A stretch of 64,000 nucleotides of DNA, from NCBI GenBank assembly GCA_000146045.2, contig BK006946.2, positions 800,001 through 864,000 on the forward strand, written 5' to 3'. Source of the stretch: TPA_inf: Saccharomyces (taxonomy: Eukaryota). This document shows, in pieces, positions 45,571-56,965 of the stretch. Numbering within the stretch: position 1 is the first letter of the stretch; each line of letters starts with the position of its first letter. A program made the translations under genes and the position numbers. The notes beneath the pieces were generated by a model, which had not been told where the DNA came from, searched no databases, and worked only from the letters and a program-made list of their open reading frames with translations.

Positions 45571-48486
45571 ATGAGTCATCCGATTCAATTTGTAAACGCT
45601 AATAATAGCGATAAGAGCCACCAATTAGGCGGTCAATATTCTATTCCTCAGGATTTGAGGGAAAACCTGCAGAAAGAAGCTGCACGTATTGGTGAGAACG
45701 AAAAAGATGTGCTACAGGAAAAAATGGAAACTAGGACAGTGCAAAATCGAGAGGATTCATACCACAAAAGAAGGTTTGATATGAAGTTTGAGCCGGATTC
45801 CGATACACAAACTGTTACGTCTTCAGAAAATACCCAAGACGCTGTCGTGCCAAGGAAAAGAAAATCTCGTTGGGATGTAAAAGGGTACGAGCCACCTGAT
45901 GAATCTTCAACAGCGGTCAAAGAAAACTCTGATAGTGCTTTGGTTAATGTAGAAGGAATCCATGATTTGATGTTTTTTAAACCTTCTGACCATAAATATT
46001 TCGCCGACGTTATATCCAAAAAACCCATAGATGAGTTAAATAAGGATGAAAAGAAAGAAAGAACCCTGTCGATGTTACTTCTGAAAATAAAAAATGGCAA
46101 TACAGCGAGTAGGAGGACTTCTATGCGGATTTTAACCGATAAAGCTGTTACATTTGGTCCAGAAATGATATTTAACCGCTTATTGCCCATATTACTAGAC
46201 AGAAGTTTGGAAGACCAGGAAAGACATCTAATGATCAAGACCATAGATCGCGTCCTTTACCAGCTAGGAGATTTAACAAAACCTTACGTTCACAAAATAC
46301 TTGTAGTAGCTGCCCCATTGCTAATAGATGAAGATCCAATGGTTCGTTCAACAGGCCAGGAGATAATCACCAATCTGTCTACAGTCGCTGGCCTAAAAAC
46401 CATTCTAACAGTAATGAGACCTGATATTGAGAATGAGGATGAGTATGTTAGAAATGTAACTTCAAGAGCGGCGGCTGTGGTGGCAAAAGCCCTTGGTGTT
46501 AATCAATTGCTTCCTTTCATCAATGCAGCATGCCACTCACGGAAGTCTTGGAAAGCAAGGCATACTGGCATAAAAATTGTGCAGCAAATAGGTATACTTT
46601 TGGGAATAGGTGTCTTGAATCATCTTACTGGGCTGATGAGTTGTATCAAAGACTGCCTAATGGATGATCACGTTCCGGTGCGAATTGTTACAGCACATAC
46701 TTTATCAACACTAGCAGAAAATTCTTATCCATATGGTATCGAAGTTTTCAACGTTGTACTGGAGCCATTATGGAAGGGTATAAGAAGTCATCGTGGTAAA
46801 GTGCTATCTTCTTTTTTAAAAGCTGTTGGATCTATGATCCCATTGATGGACCCAGAGTATGCCGGTTATTATACCACAGAAGCAATGAGAATAATTAGAC
46901 GTGAATTCGACTCTCCCGATGATGAAATGAAAAAGACCATTCTTTTAGTATTACAAAAATGTAGCGCTGTAGAATCCATAACGCCAAAATTTCTGAGAGA
47001 AGAAATCGCGCCAGAATTCTTTCAAAAATTTTGGGTCAGACGAGTGGCATTGGATAGACCATTAAACAAAGTTGTTACATATACTACTGTTACATTAGCA
47101 AAGAAATTAGGTTGTTCTTATACCATTGATAAATTATTAACACCATTGAGAGATGAAGCTGAGCCGTTCAGAACAATGGCTGTCCATGCTGTTACTAGAA
47201 CAGTAAACTTATTAGGGACAGCAGATTTAGATGAGAGATTAGAAACGAGGCTTATTGATGCGCTCTTGATAGCATTTCAAGAACAAACAAATAGTGATTC
47301 TATAATCTTTAAAGGGTTTGGGGCAGTGACGGTGTCACTTGACATCCGTATGAAACCGTTTTTAGCACCCATTGTGAGTACGATTTTAAATCATTTAAAG
47401 CATAAAACTCCCTTGGTTCGTCAACATGCAGCAGATCTATGTGCCATACTAATACCAGTCATCAAGAACTGTCACGAATTCGAAATGTTGAATAAATTGA
47501 ACATTATATTGTATGAATCCTTAGGCGAAGTATATCCAGAGGTATTAGGTTCTATAATCAACGCTATGTACTGTATTACTAGCGTAATGGATTTGGATAA
47601 ACTACAACCTCCTATTAATCAAATTTTACCAACCTTAACTCCAATTTTAAGAAACAAGCATAGAAAAGTCGAAGTAAACACTATCAAATTTGTTGGACTT
47701 ATTGGTAAATTAGCACCTACCTATGCACCTCCTAAAGAATGGATGAGAATATGTTTTGAACTATTAGAACTTTTGAAAAGTACAAATAAAGAAATAAGAA
47801 GATCAGCAAATGCCACGTTTGGATTCATTGCTGAAGCAATTGGACCTCACGATGTTCTTGTTGCGTTATTGAACAATTTAAAGGTTCAAGAACGTCAGTT
47901 ACGTGTATGCACGGCTGTTGCTATCGGTATCGTTGCTAAAGTGTGTGGTCCTTACAACGTGCTGCCAGTAATCATGAATGAATACACAACACCAGAGACT
48001 AATGTTCAAAACGGTGTTCTCAAGGCCATGTCATTCATGTTTGAGTACATTGGTAACATGTCTAAGGATTACATATACTTCATAACACCATTATTAGAAG
48101 ATGCACTCACCGATAGGGATTTAGTTCATCGTCAGACAGCGTCGAACGTAATAACCCACTTAGCTTTAAACTGTTCAGGTACAGGTCACGAAGATGCCTT
48201 CATTCATTTAATGAATCTTCTAATACCCAATATTTTTGAAACTTCACCACATGCTATTATGCGTATTTTAGAAGGTTTGGAGGCACTGAGTCAAGCTCTT
48301 GGCCCTGGACTATTCATGAACTACATATGGGCAGGATTGTTCCATCCAGCGAAGAATGTAAGGAAAGCATTTTGGAGGGTGTATAATAACATGTACGTAA
48401 TGTACCAGGACGCCATGGTACCTTTTTACCCCGTTACACCAGACAACAATGAAGAATATATAGAAGAACTGGATTTAGTTCTGTGA
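45571..48486 (+). CDS. HSH155: U2 snRNP SF3b155 (SF3B1) HEAT-repeat subunit
   Basis: 971 aa. All-helical HEAT repeats over the C-terminal two-thirds and an N-terminal ULM-like region. Matches YMR288W. Confidence 0.9.
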   Translation: MSHPIQFVNANNSDKSHQLGGQYSIPQDLRENLQKEAARIGENEKDVLQEKMETRTVQNREDSYHKRRFDMKFEPDSDTQTVTSSENTQDAVVPRKRKSRWDVKGYEPPDESSTAVKENSDSALVNVEGIHDLMFFKPSDHKYFADVISKKPIDELNKDEKKERTLSMLLLKIKNGNTASRRTSMRILTDKAVTFGPEMIFNRLLPILLDRSLEDQERHLMIKTIDRVLYQLGDLTKPYVHKILVVAAPLLIDEDPMVRSTGQEIITNLSTVAGLKTILTVMRPDIENEDEYVRNVTSRAAAVVAKALGVNQLLPFINAACHSRKSWKARHTGIKIVQQIGILLGIGVLNHLTGLMSCIKDCLMDDHVPVRIVTAHTLSTLAENSYPYGIEVFNVVLEPLWKGIRSHRGKVLSSFLKAVGSMIPLMDPEYAGYYTTEAMRIIRREFDSPDDEMKKTILLVLQKCSAVESITPKFLREEIAPEFFQKFWVRRVALDRPLNKVVTYTTVTLAKKLGCSYTIDKLLTPLRDEAEPFRTMAVHAVTRTVNLLGTADLDERLETRLIDALLIAFQEQTNSDSIIFKGFGAVTVSLDIRMKPFLAPIVSTILNHLKHKTPLVRQHAADLCAILIPVIKNCHEFEMLNKLNIILYESLGEVYPEVLGSIINAMYCITSVMDLDKLQPPINQILPTLTPILRNKHRKVEVNTIKFVGLIGKLAPTYAPPKEWMRICFELLELLKSTNKEIRRSANATFGFIAEAIGPHDVLVALLNNLKVQERQLRVCTAVAIGIVAKVCGPYNVLPVIMNEYTTPETNVQNGVLKAMSFMFEYIGNMSKDYIYFITPLLEDALTDRDLVHRQTASNVITHLALNCSGTGHEDAFIHLMNLLIPNIFETSPHAIMRILEGLEALSQALGPGLFMNYIWAGLFHPAKNVRKAFWRVYNNMYVMYQDAMVPFYPVTPDNNEEYIEELDLVL

Positions 48487-48684
48487 ATATATATAGAGCA
48501 TATAAATAACCACAACTTGTAAGAATATTTTACTTGACACACCTATATCATCACGTCACGATGCCTTCATAGATTATGATGAAATATAAACAGAACCTGC
48601 TATTGGAAAAAAAAGGGCAGGAAAAAATTTTGTGAAAGTGAGTAAAAGAAAGATGAAGAGCGAGACATGGATAATAAGAAATAG

Positions 48685-49809
48685 ATGTCACTAATGGACA
48701 ATTGGAAGACTGATATGGAAAGTTACGATGAAGGAGGCCTAGTTGCTAATCCGAACTTCGAGGTTCTGGCCACTTTCAGGTACGACCCTGGTTTTGCACG
48801 CCAGTCAGCGTCAAAGAAAGAGATCTTTGAAACTCCAGACCCTCGATTAGGTTTGAGAGACGAAGATATTAGGCAGCAGATAATTAATGAGGATTACTCA
48901 AGTTATTTACGAGTAAGGGAGGTTAATTCCGGCGGTGACCTTCTCGAAAATATTCAGCATCCTGATGCTTGGAAGCATGATTGCAAGACCATTGTGTGCC
49001 AGCGTGTAGAAGATATGCTACAAGTCATTTATGAACGATTTTTTTTATTAGATGAACAATACCAAAGAATAAGAATAGCATTATCATACTTTAAAATTGA
49101 CTTCAGCACGTCTCTGAATGATTTATTGAAGTTATTGGTTGAAAACTTGATTAATTGTAAAGAAGGAAATTCAGAGTATCACGAAAAAATTCAAAAAATG
49201 ATCAACGAAAGGCAATGCTATAAAATGCGGGTACTTGTCTCTAAGACAGGAGATATACGAATTGAGGCAATTCCAATGCCTATGGAGCCTATCCTAAAAT
49301 TAACAACCGATTATGACAGTGTTTCCACATACTTCATCAAAACGATGCTCAATGGATTTTTAATTGATAGCACAATAAATTGGGATGTTGTTGTTTCATC
49401 TGAACCATTGAACGCATCAGCTTTCACCAGTTTTAAAACCACTTCAAGAGATCATTACGCTAGGGCGAGAGTTCGCATGCAAACTGCTATAAATAACTTA
49501 AGAGGTTCAGAACCTACTTCTTCTGTCTCGCAATGCGAAATTTTATTTTCCAACAAATCTGGCCTGCTGATGGAAGGTTCAATAACAAACGTGGCTGTAA
49601 TTCAAAAAGATCCTAACGGTTCTAAAAAGTATGTGACACCAAGATTAGCAACTGGATGTTTGTGCGGAACAATGCGTCATTATTTATTGCGGCTCGGCCT
49701 TATTGAAGAGGGAGATATAGATATAGGAAGCCTTACCGTTGGCAACGAAGTTTTGCTTTTCAATGGCGTCATGGGATGCATAAAGGGAACAGTGAAGACA
49801 AAATATTGA
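48685..49809 (+). CDS. ABZ2: 4-amino-4-deoxychorismate lyase (PABA and folate pathway; class IV aminotransferase fold)
   Basis: 374 aa. Matches YMR289W in length and position. Confidence 0.8.
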   Translation: MSLMDNWKTDMESYDEGGLVANPNFEVLATFRYDPGFARQSASKKEIFETPDPRLGLRDEDIRQQIINEDYSSYLRVREVNSGGDLLENIQHPDAWKHDCKTIVCQRVEDMLQVIYERFFLLDEQYQRIRIALSYFKIDFSTSLNDLLKLLVENLINCKEGNSEYHEKIQKMINERQCYKMRVLVSKTGDIRIEAIPMPMEPILKLTTDYDSVSTYFIKTMLNGFLIDSTINWDVVVSSEPLNASAFTSFKTTSRDHYARARVRMQTAINNLRGSEPTSSVSQCEILFSNKSGLLMEGSITNVAVIQKDPNGSKKYVTPRLATGCLCGTMRHYLLRLGLIEEGDIDIGSLTVGNEVLLFNGVMGCIKGTVKTKY

Positions 49810-50073
49810 GCAGACGACAGATTTTCATATCAATGAAGTTTTTTTACAATAGTTTACAAATCATGATTTTACATACTCAAATATGTGCAGGTTGATACAG
49901 ACAACGTACGTAGAAGACAACAAACAGAAAACAGCGGTTTATACATTTATTTAAATGACATACAGTGGAGAAGCAGAGAAAGGAAAAGGAGTGCGATGAG
50001 AACAGAAGATGAATACTTCGGTTGTGTTGGTTCCACGTACACATTAATAGCATTAAAAATTGATCCTCTGAAA

Positions 50074-51591
50074 TTACTTATGAGTTTTACGTCTTTTGGT
50101 ATTTGGCGTTTTTCCACTGGCACCAATTGTAATGTTAACCTTTGGAGGGACTGGAAAACCGTAAGACTTTGCTACTTTGGCTAAATCCAGCTTATCGATT
50201 TGATAGACAGTTTTCAAAGAGTGGGAAGCGTACGCTTGTAAATAAGATCTATAACCATCCTTGGCTGTTTGATGTAGATAATAGTTGGATTTAATTAATT
50301 TTTCTAATTGTGATTGAACGTTTGCAATTTTGTTTTCCGGGAATTCGTACTCATTTAATGGGACCTTGGAAGCCTTTAGATATCTTAAAAACCCTAATTC
50401 ATTAGGTGTTAAAAACATTAAAGATTTACCCTTACCTTTAGTGCCTCTTGCGGTTCTTCCGACTCTATGAATATAATCTCTTGGATCATCAGGAGGGTCG
50501 AATTGAATGATCCAGTCCACAGCAGGGATATCTAGCCCTCTAGCTGCGACATCTGTACAAATCAAGATACCTCTTTCCGCATTACAGAATTCGAAAAATG
50601 TATTTGTTCTCTTTTGTTGTTTTTGCTTACCGTGTAATTCGAGGACTGGCAAATCAATATAGTTCAATAATTCAGCGTAATATTTCACAGAGTTACAAGA
50701 TGATAAAAATACAATAATTTTCTTTTTTTGATTTCTTTTCAAGAAAGAAAATAACAACAAAAATCTCTTATCACTGTCACATACCACATAGCCTTGTTCT
50801 AATCCATCTGCGGTGGAGTTGTCGGTTTCAGGAACGACATTAATGAAAAGAGGGCCCGGTCTCAGCGAGATTCTAGCCAAATCCTCAACTTTGGTCGTTT
50901 GTGTAGCTGAAAATAACATGGATTGCCTATCTTCGTTTGGCAAGATCTTAATTATCTGCCTCATTTCATCTTCAAACCCAATTTCTAAGATTCTGTCCGC
51001 TTCATCGATAATCAAAGCCTTCAAGTTCTTGAATACAAATCCTTTTGTATTTTGTAAGTGATCCAATAATCTTCCAGGGGTAGCAATCAACATGTTAACA
51101 CCTTTCATCAATTTTTCGGCTTCCTGTCTTCTATTTGCACCACCAATGACAATACCAAATGTCTGTGAATGGAATTCCATTAACTCTCTTGCCACTCCAA
51201 AAATCTGTAAAGCCAACTCTCTTGTAGGCGTAATGACAATTATACCGGTACCATTTCTTGGTTTGAATTTCAAAGAATGCAATAGTTCAATAGCAGGGAT
51301 GAGAAACGCTAGAGTTTTACCAGAACCTGTCTTGGCAGCACCAAGAACATCCCTACCGGCCAAAAGAGGTGGGATAGTCCTTGCCTGAACAGAAGTCATA
51401 GTGGTAAATCCCATCTTTTCAATGGCCTTTAAAGTTGGCTGTGATAACTTTAGTTCTTCGAACTTTTCCACACAAGTAGTTTGTTCTCCCTCAGGTGCGG
51501 CATTGTTTTGTTTTGAAGTGCTCTTTTCATCTACTACAGGTTCTTCTGTAGATTCAGAATCTCTAGAACGTTTATTTGACGGGGTAGCCAT
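50074..51591 (-). CDS. HAS1: DEAD-box ATP-dependent RNA helicase, nucleolar (ribosome biogenesis)
   Basis: 505 aa. Motifs Q, I (AKTGSGKT), II (DEAD), III (SAT) and VI (HRVGRTAR). Matches YMR290C. Confidence 0.9.
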
Positions 51592-51691
51592 ACTTCTCCT
51601 GTTAATATTGCTCAGCTTATCTAATTATTATAGTATACAGTTATCCAATAGCTATGTACTCAAGTACCGTGTATACACTATAAAATCTCAT

Positions 51692-51757
51692 CTCATCGCT
51701 AAAGCTAATATTGAAAAAAAAAAAAAAAAAAAAAAGAAAAAGCAAATAAAAAATTTT
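51692..51757 (-). promoter_or_regulatory. HAS1 promoter: PAC motif (GCGATGAG, 51692-51699 on the minus strand), an A22 tract (51714-51735) and an RRPE motif (AAAAATTTT, 51749-51757)
   Basis: All three seen directly, 100-170 bp upstream of the HAS1 ATG. The PAC plus RRPE pair is the hallmark of the ribosome-biogenesis regulon (established knowledge). Confidence 0.55.
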
Positions 51758-52629
51758 CAATTCGGGTAACGAAGAATCGACTCTCGCCGGGTAAACAATT
51801 CTTAGTCGTCATACACTCCTCTTTACGTTAAGAAAATAGAAGTAGCAGCGCTTTGTAAAGCATTAAAGCGTCATGGATTGCAAAATACACATAATATATC
51901 ACTTGTGATAGTGAGAAATGGAATGAAGTGGTTTAAGATGCTCTTTTACCAATAAACATATTGCGCCTATCAAATCATTTTCCACCCCTGTTAACTGATA
52001 CAGATATAGCCTTACATATAACTTTTGCACTCCCTAAAATTACCATGGCTGTTCACCGCCTGCTATCATCCATGTTTTTACATACATCTATTAGGTTTGC
52101 CATCTTAGCCGCCGAAGCTATCGTTGCCGGTACAGGCGCTCCTTGAATAACCCCCTCCCCCCCACGCTATTCTTCAAATTCCGATTTCAGCTTCTCTTTG
52201 TTTTTCCTTTTTTGGCACCTCGGAAAAACCTCCACGTGTTAGGTTATTCCGCCGATTCCACGGGTGGGGTGCTACCAAGACTCCTGAAAAAGAAACTGTA
52301 TGACGAAAAGAAAAAAAAAAAGCTGCTTGAATTCCAACACCGCTTTCTTGTTCTGACAATAGAAAGGGGGATTCCTAAAAAAAGAAAAAGAGGGCGGGGT
52401 TTATCATGTACTCAGAATATGAAAACGTGTCGAACGGGGATGACTTCTTCTGCTTCTTTACTTCTTTCTATTTAGAGTGACAGTTTTTTTATTTGTTTTG
52501 CTAACTTGTTTATTTATTAATTTCTTGTTTGCTCCTTCAGTTACCTACCACGACTGTCTCAGCCAAACCGCGATATTTTCATACAATTGACATTACAACA
52601 GTTCAAAAAGAAAAATACACATCCAGGAT

Positions 52630-54390
52630 ATGACTACAGCTAGTTCTTCTGCTTCCCAGCTACAACAGCGCCTGCCGGAAGAAAAACCTTGGCCGCAACT
52701 GAGTGGCAGCAATGCAGACGCTCAAACCTTCAAATGTAAATACGTAACCAACCACAACTCCTTGGGCGATGGGAATTTTAGCGTCGTGAAAGAATGTATG
52801 AATATACACACAAAGGATTTGTACGCGATGAAGCTTATTAAGAAACAAACTGTCAAGAACAAAATTCAACTTATTCAAAGAGAGTTCGACCTTTTGAGGT
52901 CAATAAGCGAGAAAATCAGAGATATGGAAAAAAAGAATGAACATTCTTTGGACATTTTTGAGGGGCATCACCATATTTTACAACTTTTCGACTATTTTGA
53001 GACGGCAGATAACATTGTCCTGATCACTCAGCTGTGTCAGAAGGGAGATTTGTATGAAAAAATTGTTGAAAATCAGTGTTTAGACCTCGAAACTCAAGTT
53101 ACCTCGTACTGCGCCTGTTTGGTGAGCGTTCTCGAGTTTTTGCATTCTCAAGGTATTGTTCATAGAGACTTGAAAGCAGAAAACGTCTTATTCAGATTGA
53201 GAGTGAACGAAAACGAAAAAAACCTACAGGGTGAACACCACGGAGATTTCAAATACGATCTCTTGGCACACGACCTAGTTCTCGCCGATTTTGGTCTTGC
53301 TGCTGAATATAACACAAGTAAGGTAAACTCGTTAAAGGAGTTTGTTGGAACCATCTCGTATATTGCTCCAGAAATCGTCAAGTGCAAAGGTGTCGGTGAA
53401 ATGACTCCTGATCAAGTTGGCAAACTAGACAAGTATGGTTGTCCGGTGGATATATGGGCCCTTGGTGTACTGACATATTTCATGGCCTTCGGCTATACGC
53501 CCTTTGACTGTACCACAGACGACGAAACTCTGGAATGTATTTCAAAATGTGACTATTACGTCGACGAACAAATGATGCACGACCCTAAATACGAACAATT
53601 TTGGAATTTTGTTCAATGCTGTTTTACTATTGACCCGGCCGTTAGGCGTTCTGCTAAGAATTTGAAACAGCATCCCTTTATTAAGGATTATTTTGCTACT
53701 TCAAATTCTTTGAATACTAAGGACACGCCGAATTTCTCCTTTCATCCAACAATAAGAAGGGTATCTTCTACAGCGTCCATGCACACATTGAGGTCTCCTT
53801 CCAAATCAAGAAAGACAACTACTCTAGCGTATTTAAATATGGATGGCGGGTCCTCTGAAACTTCCACCGCCTTCAGCAGCAAGATGGATTTGCCTGACCT
53901 TTACGTTGATAGAACCATTAATTCTCGTGAAAGATCATTGAATAGAATTCGAGACACTCTGAAGAAAACATTATCCATGACATCTCTTAAGCCTGCAGGC
54001 ACATTCGACTATCTTCACGCTAACAAAAACGGTACTTCTTTATCATCATCCAAGTCAGGCCTCGTGAAAAAGAATTCTACTTTTGTCTTGGACCCTAAGC
54101 CACCAAAGAATAGCTTGATGAACGGTTGTTTCAGCACCACTCCAGAATCGCGCTCAAATTTCAATACCCCCAAAACCTTATCGAGGCAAGGTTCCTCTAC
54201 TAGCGTGAAGAAATATGTCAATGAAGTTGACTTACTTTTAACCCCACGTACGGCCTCGATGAGCAGCAATGATACCACAGCCATTAACGATTATGATACT
54301 ACTAACGATAAGAATCCTGCAAGAAAACACGCAGCTTCATTCCAGGTGAATGTTGATGATTCTGATGGTGATGAAACCATGCAGATATAG
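52630..54390 (+). CDS. TDA1: Ser/Thr protein kinase (CAMK-like) with a long Ser-rich C-terminal tail
   Basis: 586 aa. Kinase subdomains present (…AMKLIKK…, HRDLKAEN, DFGLA, APE). Matches YMR291W. Confidence 0.85.
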   Translation: MTTASSSASQLQQRLPEEKPWPQLSGSNADAQTFKCKYVTNHNSLGDGNFSVVKECMNIHTKDLYAMKLIKKQTVKNKIQLIQREFDLLRSISEKIRDMEKKNEHSLDIFEGHHHILQLFDYFETADNIVLITQLCQKGDLYEKIVENQCLDLETQVTSYCACLVSVLEFLHSQGIVHRDLKAENVLFRLRVNENEKNLQGEHHGDFKYDLLAHDLVLADFGLAAEYNTSKVNSLKEFVGTISYIAPEIVKCKGVGEMTPDQVGKLDKYGCPVDIWALGVLTYFMAFGYTPFDCTTDDETLECISKCDYYVDEQMMHDPKYEQFWNFVQCCFTIDPAVRRSAKNLKQHPFIKDYFATSNSLNTKDTPNFSFHPTIRRVSSTASMHTLRSPSKSRKTTTLAYLNMDGGSSETSTAFSSKMDLPDLYVDRTINSRERSLNRIRDTLKKTLSMTSLKPAGTFDYLHANKNGTSLSSSKSGLVKKNSTFVLDPKPPKNSLMNGCFSTTPESRSNFNTPKTLSRQGSSTSVKKYVNEVDLLLTPRTASMSSNDTTAINDYDTTNDKNPARKHAASFQVNVDDSDGDETMQI

Positions 54391-54794
54391 TGTTGAATGA
54401 TAATTCACCTTTTTTTTCTTTCTTTTTTTTTTTACCTGGGACGACATTCTAACTAATGAAATTTACGATTAATTATTCTTTTTTTTTTTTTTCAAGAAAT
54501 AAATATAACTGTAACATATATATATTAATTATGGGGGATCACAAAGAAAAATAGTAACTTTAAGAATCAAATAATAATGTGTTGCGCTTCTTAGTACTCA
54601 TCCGGCATTTACGGTTTCCATGGTATGGTTTATTTTTCGTGCATAGTATTACCCGTCGTGTTCTTTTCGGACATTGGAAAGTTGTCCATCCCAAACACTT
54701 AAGATGAGTTAAAAGGCGTTGGCGTTTGCCTTCTCCGTGTGATTGATTTACAGTTCAGCCCAGTGATCATTTAGCTTACCCATCATCGCGTAAA

Positions 54795-54816
54795 ATGTGG
54801 CTCACAGAGGCTCAAA
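54795..54816 (+). CDS. GOT1: GOT1 exon 1 (ATG plus 19 nt). Golgi transport membrane protein
   Basis: ATGTGGCTCACAGAGGCTCAAA is followed immediately by the 5' splice site GTATGT (54817), branchpoint TACTAAC (54875-54881) and 3' splice site TAG (54896-54898). The spliced product is MWLTEAQK-FGVAF…, 138 aa. Confidence 0.85.
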
Positions 54817-54898
54817 GTATGTTTTTAATATTTTAGATGCTCTTTGCTTCTCCGAGAGACGTTAGTTCCTTTTTTACTAACAACTTACTTTTCACTAG

Positions 54899-55293
54899 AA
54901 TTTGGTGTGGCCTTCACTTTCGGCGGTTTTCTCTTCTTTTTGTTTGGTATATTTACTTTTTTTGATCGTGCCCTATTGGCCTTGGGCAATATTTTGTTTT
55001 TAATTGGAGTATTCTTAATAATCGGTTCACAAAAGACATATATTTTTTTTACCAGGCCAAACAAAAGGCGCGGTTCACTATTTTTCCTAGTTGGTGCCTT
55101 CTTAATACTGTTGAAATGGACATTTTTGGGCTTTATAATTGAATCTCTAGGTATTATAGGTCTCTTTGGTGATTTTTTTGGCGTCATCGTACAATTTTTG
55201 AGATCAATGCCCATAATTGGTCCCATACTTTCTCACCCAGCAATCGCTCCAATAGTAGATAAATTAGCGGGAGTTAGGGTTCTGCCAGTATAA
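54899..55293 (+). CDS. GOT1: GOT1 exon 2. Four-TM Got1/Sft2-like Golgi protein
   Basis: Continues the reading frame after the 82-nt intron. The ORF-track 54844..55293 ORF is the intron-read-through artefact of this exon. Matches YMR292W. Confidence 0.85.
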
Positions 55294-55398
55294 TGGTAAA
55301 ATTTTGTATGTGAATATCATAGATTAATTTTTTCGAACTTTCTATAGGTATAAAGTAAAAATAATAATATTTACATGATTAACGTTGTCCTCACAAAT

Positions 55399-56793
55399 TT
55401 ATGATATTGACTCGACAAAATCTAACACAGTGGAATCATCACCATATTGACCTACTACCTGTAAGCCAATCGGGGTCTTCTCTTTTAAAGGCATTGATAA
55501 ACTTGGTAGTCCAGCCAATGACATTGGGACAGTAAAGACATCGTTTATATACGAGTTAGCCGGAGATTTGGCTTCCTCTTCTTCGAAGTCCCTTATGGAT
55601 CCAGGAAGCTTGGACGATGTGGGAACTATCAGTAGATCTAGGCCGTCTGGATTTCCCTTAGAATTAGTTAAAACATTTGGAAATCTGAAGATCCCGTCAA
55701 ATTCATCGATCAAATTAACTCGTAGCTTTTCTGCCTTAATAAAATTGTTCTTAAATGCATCTGAACAAAGATTATAATTACCTAGAATGATTCTATTCTT
55801 AACTTCTGTTCCGAATTTGGACCTAGTAGGTGCGAATAAAATACCGTCTTTTATATCGAGTTCTGAATCTCTGTATCCATATCTGATACCATCATACCTT
55901 GATAAATTGGAAGCCGCTTCAGCGGGTGATAGCGTATAATAAATCGGTAAACAGTTTTTTACAGATGGAATGGATACAGGGTATATTTCAAGCCCTAAAT
56001 TTATCAGCTTTTCTAGTAAGGATAAATATAATCTGTGGAACCCAATGGGCATACTTTCATGGCTAAATTCCTTTACAATTCCTACCTTTAAAGGTCTCCT
56101 AACCTTTTTATTCCCTTCTATCAATTCACGCAATTCCACACTTAAGGAAGTGGGATCTTTCATGTCATATTTATCGAGCGTATGAAATACTTTTCGCAAG
56201 ACGTTTATCTTTTTGCTAAGTATGCCAACAGTGTCTAAAGATTGAGAATACGCTATTACGCCAAATCTTGACAACCGTCCATAGGACGGCTTGAATCCTA
56301 AAACAGATCCATAGCATGCGGGGAGCCTAACGGAGCCACCAGTATCTGTTCCCAAGGCAAAATCGACTAGATCGCAAGCAACGCTTGCAGCGGCTCCAGA
56401 CGATGAACCTCCCATGATCTTCTTGTCCTCATGAGGATATAAAGGGTTAATTACGGGCCCTCTTATTGAATGTACTCCCCCAGAACCCATTCCAAATTCA
56501 TCTAAATTTGTCTTGCCTAAGATATGCACTCCTGCCTGTTTTAATAGTTTCACTACTGTTGCATCGAAGGGAGACTTGAAATTCTCAAGTATATGTGAGG
56601 CACATGTGGTTGGAAAATCTTTTGTAACTATATTATCCTTGATACTGGCAACGCAACCTGTCAATGTTTCTTTTGTACCTTTTTTATTTGTGATTGAATA
56701 AGGAGATGGATTGATACTAGTGAAAATATTATATTTTGATTGAAAACTAGATAATCTTTCGATTGATTCTTTTAAGGAGCGTTTCAGTGGCAT
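55399..56793 (-). CDS. HER2: Mitochondrial Glu-tRNA(Gln) amidotransferase subunit A (amidase signature family)
   Basis: Amidase signature GGSSSGAAA…. The ORF extends to an upstream ATG at 56844 (481 aa). The ATG at 56793 gives 464 aa with an MTS-like N-terminus ([14 protein letters not shown]), matching YMR293C. Confidence 0.8.
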
Positions 56794-56965
56794 TTTTGTA
56801 TAATCAAAGTTAGGACTCCAATTGAGGGGCCATCTTTCCAGCACAAATAATAGTGTTTACAAGTATAGATGTACTATTACTTTTTTGGGAGCCAATGCAT
56901 TTCAAAAAAAAAAAGAAGAGCAGATAAGTCATGAGGCTAAGAAAGATAAAGAAATCTACTGGTTG

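Noticed and set aside
45648-46244. 198-aa antisense ORF inside HSH155
   Set aside because: Lies entirely within a well-supported HEAT-repeat coding region on the other strand. Ser/Leu-rich composition is typical of antisense frames, and there is no independent signal.
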